Shown here: piece by piece, positions 16,396 through 22,118 of the stretch | Layout: each line of letters begins with the position of its first letter | Numbering within the stretch: the stretch's first letter is position 1 | Source of the DNA: Armatimonadota bacterium | GTDB lineage: Bacteria; Armatimonadota; Fimbriimonadia; Fimbriimonadales; Fimbriimonadaceae | Length of the DNA: 22,118 bases | NCBI GenBank assembly: GCA_031400935.1 | Contig: JANNQV010000061.1 | Coordinates: 62,001 to 84,118, forward strand | Direction: 5' to 3' | Position numbers and translations under genes: made by a program | The notes under the pieces: model-generated | Told to the model about the DNA's origin: nothing | The model's database searches: none | The model's input: the letters and a program-made list of their open reading frames with translations, nothing else

Positions 16396-17283
16396 CTACC
16401 CCTTCCATAAAACATCCCAACAATCCCGAATCCCTTTCGCAATCTTAGCGGCATCACCTTCTCCTTCGTAATGCATAAACATGACTTCCCGCGAGCCTCC
16501 GAGAATGTGGTTGTGAATTGCGGTAATCGAAATTCCTGCCCTCCGCAAAGCGTCTATCGCGCCTTGAAGTTCGGTTCGAGTTGTGCAAGTGTCGCCCATC
16601 GCCATTGTTTTTCCGCATTCGCAGCGATGGAAAGTCGCCCAGGAACCAAGCCCCATTCCCGGTAAAAATGGAAGTCCATCAAGAGTAACTGTTAGGTCCT
16701 TTCTTGGGGTAGCGAATCGAACCACGCCGGAATCGAAGGTCGTGGGCTTTACTCCTAGAATCGTTTCTATTGCGGTCCAATCTACGTTCGGCTTGCCAAC
16801 AATTGCTATTTCAGCAATAGCATTTGGCTTTCCGCAAGCCTCAAACGCTTTTCTAAATGTCTTTGCCAATGCCGAAACTGAGCCTTTGCCTTGAAAATGC
16901 ATAAAAAACAACCTTGGCGATTCGGCGGTCATATGGTTGTGAAGCGCGACTACTTCAATTCCACCTGATCTAAGTGCGTCCATCACTCCGTTGATTTCGT
17001 GCCGGATCATCGCTACGTCGCCGACCATTAGGGCGGAATCTTCGGTTCCTGTGAATGCTGCATACGTAGCTAGCCCCATGTCAACCGGAATTTCCATCCC
17101 ATTTGCATTCTTGAAAGAAAGATCGCTTCGCGGAATGTTGATGCGAAAGGAGCCGTCGGCGTTCAGGGTTCCTTTTTTGCCGATGGTTGTTGCGGCGTCT
17201 TGGAAGTATTTTGGAACCTCTTGCGCTGCTGAGAGGCAAGTTGTAAGCATAGAGGCAAGCAGGGTCAATGTCATTCTATTCAT
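16396..17283 (-). CDS. DUF1259 (LppY/LpqO-like) secreted protein with two tandem domains
   Basis: Signal peptide; the motif PR.DL...MGD...I.(V/I).A(L/I)HNH...FMH..G.G occurs twice. Confidence 0.85.
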   Translation of the reverse strand: MNRMTLTLLASMLTTCLSAAQEVPKYFQDAATTIGKKGTLNADGSFRINIPRSDLSFKNANGMEIPVDMGLATYAAFTGTEDSALMVGDVAMIRHEINGVMDALRSGGIEVVALHNHMTAESPRLFFMHFQGKGSVSALAKTFRKAFEACGKPNAIAEIAIVGKPNVDWTAIETILGVKPTTFDSGVVRFATPRKDLTVTLDGLPFLPGMGLGSWATFHRCECGKTMAMGDTCTTRTELQGAIDALRRAGISITAIHNHILGGSREVMFMHYEGEGDAAKIAKGIRDCWDVLWKG

Positions 17284-17716
17284 TCGTCACCTTTTTTTGG
17301 CACCAAGCATACAGGGCGTCGTACATTGGAGATTCGAGTTCAATCTTCTTGTGGTCATCTAAGCTATGAATCAGCGCAAACCCGTGCGCGATAGCATAAA
17401 GCCCTTGGCCCTCTGCACTTGAATTCCTGTCGGCGGATACATCTGCCGCATGAACAATTTTGGCTAGCTCAACCAGCGCTGCATCCTCCATCAGCCCATA
17501 TTTGAGCATGATGCTTTCAAACGAACATCGCCCATCCACGTGCCCTAGTTCCACATCTGCAACGTCGTAAGGAATCGCGCCAGTTTCTTGTGCAACCTTC
17601 ATCACGTCATCTCTTGGAACGTAAAGGAACTCGGCATTAGGGTCAACAAATTTGCGGATTAACCAGGGACAGGCGATTCGGTCAACGTTGGCATTTTCGC
17701 GAGTTATGAACTTCAT
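17276..17716 (-). CDS. Chromate resistance ChrB C-terminal-domain protein
   Basis: FITRE...VDRIACPWLIRKFVDP.AEFLYV, H..GRCSFE, LAKIVHAAD and YDALYAWC. Confidence 0.88.
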   Translation of the reverse strand: MKFITRENANVDRIACPWLIRKFVDPNAEFLYVPRDDVMKVAQETGAIPYDVADVELGHVDGRCSFESIMLKYGLMEDAALVELAKIVHAADVSADRNSSAEGQGLYAIAHGFALIHSLDDHKKIELESPMYDALYAWCQKKVTNE

Positions 17717-17733
17717 GATTCAGTATAGGGGAA

Positions 17734-17846
17734 ATTGTGGATTGTGGATTATGCATTGAAGCGAATGAGTGAAACCAAACCGCCTGTCAGCCCCTGACCA
17801 ACAACCTGCCGAACACTTGCCAACCAACAACCGCCAACCAACAACT
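17734..17846. repeat. Heptamer tandem arrays in the divergent chrB/sqr intergenic region
   Basis: ATTGTGG ATTGTGG ATTATGC ATTGAAG (17734-17761) and AACACTT GCCAACC AACAACC GCCAACC AACAACT (17812-17846). Confidence 0.75.
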
Positions 17847-17872
17847 TTCCCCGCCCCTGGTATCCTCCCTTC

Positions 17873-19042
17873 ATGAGCACGATCTTGATTCTCGGTGGCG
17901 GATTTGGAGGATTGAGCTGTGCAAGCGAGCTTCGCAGATTGCTTTCCGACGAACACAAAATCATTGTCGTTGACCAAAGCTCAGAGTTCGTAATCGGCGC
18001 GACTAAGCCTTGGGTGATGTTGGGTGATATGGATTCAAAAACGGCGGCTCATTCCAGGCAAAAGCTGAACAATCGCGGAATCGAATTCGTGCAAGCCAGG
18101 GTCAATTCAATAGACTCAAACAGTCGCTCAGTTGAGACAAGCGTAGGCAAGTTACAGGCAGACTATTTAGTTGTGGCATTGGGCGCTGAACTTGATATGT
18201 GGCAGGTTCGCGGTCTAGGTGAAAACGCCCATTCTTTCTACGATTTAGCTGGTGCAATCAAACTTCATGAAACTCTAAAAGAGTTTAAAGGCGGGGAAGT
18301 CGTGCTTTTGATACCAAAGGCACCGTTCAAATGTCCTCCTGCTCCATACGAATCGGCACTTTTGCTTGCTGATCATCTAAAGCGTCGCAAGATTCCTCAC
18401 AAGCTAACCGTCGCGACTGTTGAAGGCGCACCGATGGCGACCGCAGGGCCCGAAATCGGGGCGTTTGTCCGGGATTTGATGCAAACCGCTGGAATCACGT
18501 ATTTGACTCTGAAGAAGACATTGTCAGTAGATGGATATTCAAAGCGAGTCAGATTTGAAGATGGTGAGCTTGGATACGACTTACTCATCGCGGTCCCTCC
18601 GCACGTTCCACCAAGGGTCATTCTTGAATCAAGTTTGAAAGGACCAAACGGTTGGATTCCCATTGATCGTGAGAGTTGTAGATTGGCAAATCCACAAGCA
18701 GGAGTCTTCGCCATAGGAGATTGTACGGTTTCGCTATTGCCTGGCAAATTCAAACCAGACGCACCATTAGTCCTTCCCAAGGCAGGTGTTTTTGCAGATC
18801 GGCAGGGAATAGTTGTTGCACAGAATATCGCACTTGCTATGCGCGGACAAACAAGCCGAGTAGCCTACGACGGGAAAGGCTTTTGCTACATTGAGACAGG
18901 GGATATGCATGCTGCAAGGGGGGACGGTTCGTTCTTTGACCTCCCTCATCCCACCATGGAACGTCACATTCCGGATATGAACCTGTACGATGGAAAGCGG
19001 GAGTGGATTAAGGGTCTAGTAGAGAGGTTTTTGGGGAGCTAA
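17873..19042 (+). CDS. Sulfide:quinone oxidoreductase-like FAD-dependent oxidoreductase
   Basis: ILILGGGFGGL, DYLVVALGA, PFKCPPAPYE, VFAIGD, PKAGVFA and GFCYIETG (both SQR-type cysteines present). Confidence 0.8.
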   Translation: MSTILILGGGFGGLSCASELRRLLSDEHKIIVVDQSSEFVIGATKPWVMLGDMDSKTAAHSRQKLNNRGIEFVQARVNSIDSNSRSVETSVGKLQADYLVVALGAELDMWQVRGLGENAHSFYDLAGAIKLHETLKEFKGGEVVLLIPKAPFKCPPAPYESALLLADHLKRRKIPHKLTVATVEGAPMATAGPEIGAFVRDLMQTAGITYLTLKKTLSVDGYSKRVRFEDGELGYDLLIAVPPHVPPRVILESSLKGPNGWIPIDRESCRLANPQAGVFAIGDCTVSLLPGKFKPDAPLVLPKAGVFADRQGIVVAQNIALAMRGQTSRVAYDGKGFCYIETGDMHAARGDGSFFDLPHPTMERHIPDMNLYDGKREWIKGLVERFLGS

Positions 19043-19078
19043 AGAACTTGCTCCGCAAAGACCGTCCAACTCTTAAGT

Positions 19079-19600
19079 TCACTTGATTCCAGCTACAGTT
19101 GAAGCGTCCATGATTACGACCCAACCTTTGACTTGGGCAGTTAAGACTTCGTTCTTTACCATTGGATCGTTCTCCACTATCTGCTGAGCTTCCTGATCAT
19201 TGTTTACGCGTAACAAAGTGAGTCCGCCGGGTTCATCTCGCCAAGGCCCCGACATGATATTCTTCCCTTGTTTGAGCAGCACCATAAGGTAGTCAGTATG
19301 TTCTTTGAAGAATGGCTGCTGGGTAGTAGACTTTCCCTCCACCCACTTTTCGCCTGGAAACCAAACTACCGCGTGAGTTGGTTTTCGGTTACTCACCAAA
19401 GACGAACTTGAACCAGAGCCACTGCCCGAATTACGCCCTGACGACGAGGCGCCACTAGATGCTGAAGCCGTTGCTGATGTTCTACCATTCTGTCCATTGG
19501 CTTGTGTATTGGAAGTGGACTGATTCGTTGAAGTCTGTTGCGCAAACGCAAATGCTCCAATCGCAAACGCACAAAGTACAATTGTTGGGAAATGTTTCAT
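19079..19600 (-). CDS. Exported YciI-family protein with a Ser/Gly-rich linker
   Basis: Signal peptide, low-complexity linker, and EH..YL...SGP....GG...A.....DP pattern. Confidence 0.75.
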   Translation of the reverse strand: MKHFPTIVLCAFAIGAFAFAQQTSTNQSTSNTQANGQNGRTSATASASSGASSSGRNSGSGSGSSSSLVSNRKPTHAVVWFPGEKWVEGKSTTQQPFFKEHTDYLMVLLKQGKNIMSGPWRDEPGGLTLLRVNNDQEAQQIVENDPMVKNEVLTAQVKGWVVIMDASTVAGIK

Positions 19601-19684
19601 ATGCTTTTTCCTTCAAGAATGGAACGATGATCGTTCAGGATTGGTTCGAGAAATTGGAAGAAACCACTTTTGGTTCCAGGACAG

Positions 19685-21079
19685 ATGACAAAATCCAACC
19701 GAATTCGACTTTGGGCAGCCGGCATAGCACTCGCGGTTGCTTTGCTGTTTTGCGGCGTTGGGTTTTGGGTTTTGGATGCGGCATTTGGCATCAAAATCTA
19801 CGGCGACGAGCTTGATGTGCAGTTGGCAAAGGCGAAAGAACTTGGAGTTGCAACTGAAGCCAGCGACCTGAACTCTAATGAAATCCCACTGGACCAAGAT
19901 GCGTCAGTCGAACTGTTGGAAATCTTTAATGGTGTTCAAGAACAACGAGCTAGCGTTACAGCGGCTCGAAACAGAATTGACCAGGACAGCAAAATTCGAC
20001 CAGAACTTCGCTCGCAAGCCCTCTCAAACGAAATCATGGTTAGCCACGCGAAGTTGCTAGATGCTGCCGATCAAGCTGTGAAGAAGCCCGGATTTCATAT
20101 GGCCCGCGAGTGGAATCGGGGGCCATGGCTTCCGCTTCCTGAGTACTCAGGATTCATGAGAATCGGAAGAATGTACGGCTTTCGTGCTGGATGGAACTTT
20201 CGAACGGGTGATTGGAAAGGGGGGATTCGCGACCTAAAGGCACTTGCAGTTTGGCGTGATTATTCTAATCAGGAACCGTTGCTAATGAGCATGATCGTTG
20301 GCTACGCCATTGACGTGATCTGGCTCCGAGCGATCGAAAACGCAATATCAGTTTCGATAGATAATCCAAATCGGCTTAACGAACTAGAGCAAATTCTTTC
20401 TGAAAATAGGTTCAAACCAGATATAAAGCTTGCCTTTCAGACTACGCCAATAGTAGCAGCTACATGTGCCAGGAACATACGCCCGATGCAGCAATTCAGA
20501 CTCCTTTTCTTGGGGCGTACCAGATTTGATTTTCAAAGAGAGCCCAAGCAACTTGTAACATCGGGGATTCCGGGAAGCGTTTTAGGCCGAAACATGCTGA
20601 AGTCGTTCCTTGAGTTCTGGAATGAACAGCAGGAATTCATGGATTTGAATTCTGACCCGTTAGTGGTTCTTTCACATTTAGAATCTGAGAGAAAGAAGGC
20701 AACCGCAGAAAAGTCACTTTCGGCAGACTTTATTCGGGCAATGACCGCTTCCATCGAGCAAGTTAATCTCAGTGCTTTACGGCACGAAGCCACATTGAGA
20801 TCAGCTGAGGGCTTACTTGCCGTGAATCAGTTCAATCAGAAGCACAACAGGATGCCAGTTTCATTGGCAGAAGCTAGCTTTAAACAGCTTGATCCATATA
20901 CAAATCAGCCAATGAAATTAATCGTCCATCATGATTCAATAAAGGTCTACTGCGTTGGCCCAAACTTGAAGGATGATCTTGGTAAATGGCGCGGTTCTCC
21001 AAATTCTCAAGGATTTCGGGGACCAGAACTAGATATTGGAACTTGCTATCCGTCGAGAGAACCGTCTCCAGTTCGGTAG
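19685..21079 (+). CDS. Hypothetical membrane-anchored protein with a pseudopilin-G-like C-terminus
   Basis: N-terminal TM helix; C-terminal MPVSLAE...DPYTNQPM...VYCVGPNLKDDLG. Start could alternatively be TTG at 19670. Confidence 0.75.
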   Translation: MTKSNRIRLWAAGIALAVALLFCGVGFWVLDAAFGIKIYGDELDVQLAKAKELGVATEASDLNSNEIPLDQDASVELLEIFNGVQEQRASVTAARNRIDQDSKIRPELRSQALSNEIMVSHAKLLDAADQAVKKPGFHMAREWNRGPWLPLPEYSGFMRIGRMYGFRAGWNFRTGDWKGGIRDLKALAVWRDYSNQEPLLMSMIVGYAIDVIWLRAIENAISVSIDNPNRLNELEQILSENRFKPDIKLAFQTTPIVAATCARNIRPMQQFRLLFLGRTRFDFQREPKQLVTSGIPGSVLGRNMLKSFLEFWNEQQEFMDLNSDPLVVLSHLESERKKATAEKSLSADFIRAMTASIEQVNLSALRHEATLRSAEGLLAVNQFNQKHNRMPVSLAEASFKQLDPYTNQPMKLIVHHDSIKVYCVGPNLKDDLGKWRGSPNSQGFRGPELDIGTCYPSREPSPVR

Positions 21080-21715
21080 CTAGTTCACCCTCTGCATCCC
21101 TGGAAGCGGAATGTTGCTGTACAAAGGCACTCTCAAAGCGTTAGAATATTGCTGAGCCTTTTGGGCAAAAGTCATCATGCCAGAATCGTGAACGCCATAT
21201 CCTTGCATCATCTGCACGTGCTCGACGACAATTGGCGCTCGGCCTTGCTGATTCCAATGAAGCCGAATGACATATAAATGCCCAAACTGGACCGGTGCCG
21301 CTAGCATTCCTGGGGCGACCGACTGCGCGATGGAAGTAGGGAATAGCCCGCCGTATGGCGCGAGTTCTAAGTGTCGGACTTCATCAATCGAGCCATTTTG
21401 GAATCGGGGAATCAGGCCAATTCGAGTTCTCATACTGAAGGTTCTTTTTCGGCAGTCAAATCGAATCATCGTGAACATTAGCATCGCCCAAATCGAAGCG
21501 CAAGCGATCATCGCTCCAAAGAAAACGCTCCATTCGAAAGAGACGAGTACAAACCCAAATCCAGTGAATTTGTTGATCCACGGGATGAAGAAAAGCCCGC
21601 CGCCGCAGAATATCCCAATCCACGCCGCGAAGAACTCGAGCGACCTTTGGCGGAAGGTGAGAATCGTTCGTTCCCGGTTGAAGATTCCGATTAGGGGGTT
21701 TTCCATTTGGAACAT
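21080..21715 (-). CDS. Hypothetical membrane protein (two TM helices)
   Basis: Probable start MFQMENP at 21715; the longer ORF extension runs through the repeat cluster. Confidence 0.7.
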   Translation of the reverse strand: MFQMENPLIGIFNRERTILTFRQRSLEFFAAWIGIFCGGGLFFIPWINKFTGFGFVLVSFEWSVFFGAMIACASIWAMLMFTMIRFDCRKRTFSMRTRIGLIPRFQNGSIDEVRHLELAPYGGLFPTSIAQSVAPGMLAAPVQFGHLYVIRLHWNQQGRAPIVVEHVQMMQGYGVHDSGMMTFAQKAQQYSNALRVPLYSNIPLPGMQRVN

Positions 21716-21725
21716 GGTGACTTGT

Positions 21726-21891
21726 GTGGCTTGGCCGTCTCGGCCAAGTGTATCTCGACTTTCCCGGCCAAGTGTATCTCGACCGTCCCGGTCGAGTATA
21801 TTTGGATGATACCGACAGCTTGGGAGGGACGCACAAGCCACATTCCTTATGAATCTTGGGCGAGACGCCCAAGACACAGCCCAAGCCACAC
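21726..21891. repeat. Cluster of family-B REP-like palindromes
   Basis: Three tandem 24-nt units (21730-21801) and inverted copies at 21819-21841 and 21855-21891. Confidence 0.85.
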
Positions 21892-21912
21892 TACCAAGTA
21901 CAATCTATTCTA

Positions 21913-22118
21913 GTGGAACGAATTCTTCTCGCTGCGCCTCGAGGATTTTGCGCCGGAGTTGCCTACGCAATCGAAGTCGTAGACCTCGCCCTCAAGATTC
22001 ATGGAGCGCCGGTATACGTCCGCCATGCCATCGTGCACAACGAATGGGTCGTGAAGAGCTTTGAAGATCGCGGCGTGGTGTTTGTAGAAGACATTCCCGA
22101 TATTCCTGCCAACAGCGT
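21913..22118 (+). CDS. ispH: 4-hydroxy-3-methylbut-2-enyl diphosphate reductase, 5' part (runs off the window edge)
   Basis: Manual translation from GTG at 21913: MERILLAAPRGFCAGVAYAI...VYVRHAIVHNEWVV...GVVFVE. Confidence 0.95.
   Translation, partial: MERILLAAPRGFCAGVAYAIEVVDLALKIHGAPVYVRHAIVHNEWVVKSFEDRGVVFVEDIPDIPANS

Noticed and set aside
21730..21801. Possible mini-CRISPR array
   Set aside because: Units are separated by near-identical 5-nt linkers (TGTAT/TATAT) rather than unique spacers, and there are no cas genes.
21716..21889. N-terminal extension of the 269-aa ORF (repeating DTLGR)
   Set aside because: It is a translation of the palindromic repeat cluster; ATG at 21715 is a more plausible start.
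272..22064. Many short alternative-frame or antisense ORFs (for example 2370-2858, 7303-7722, 17720-17977, 21267-21809, 21849-22064)
   Set aside because: They overlap well-supported genes or repeats and show no recognisable motifs.

Overview
Bacterial core-genome window of moderate GC. It most resembles Armatimonadota/Fimbriimonadaceae, an inference from the PEP-CTERM and DUF1559-type prepilin protein styles. Gene order: infB (5' part)-ylxR-nusA (minus), leuS, TPR lipoprotein, rsmG-tsaD-rimI-livF (minus), ATL and prepilin-like genes (minus), a 605-aa unknown, rpsT, a 33-aa small ORF, a half-length metH, a PEP-CTERM protein, MFS-DUF1259-chrB (minus), an SQR-like oxidoreductase, a secreted YciI, two hypothetical genes and the 5' end of ispH. 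The most unusual signal is a dense layer of small structured repeats. leuS carries two in-frame insertions in its CP1 region: a multi-hairpin palindromic element whose two loops share GAGGWACGA on the same strand, and a 9-mer array. There are also two REP-like families (one supplies the rpsT stop codon), a nested 13-bp inverted repeat bridging a stop and a start codon, and heptamer arrays in divergent promoter regions. Other points of interest are a multi-winged-helix plus B3-like protein, a split MetH and several apparently leaderless genes. No database searches could be run, so family calls rest on recognised motifs and gene context.
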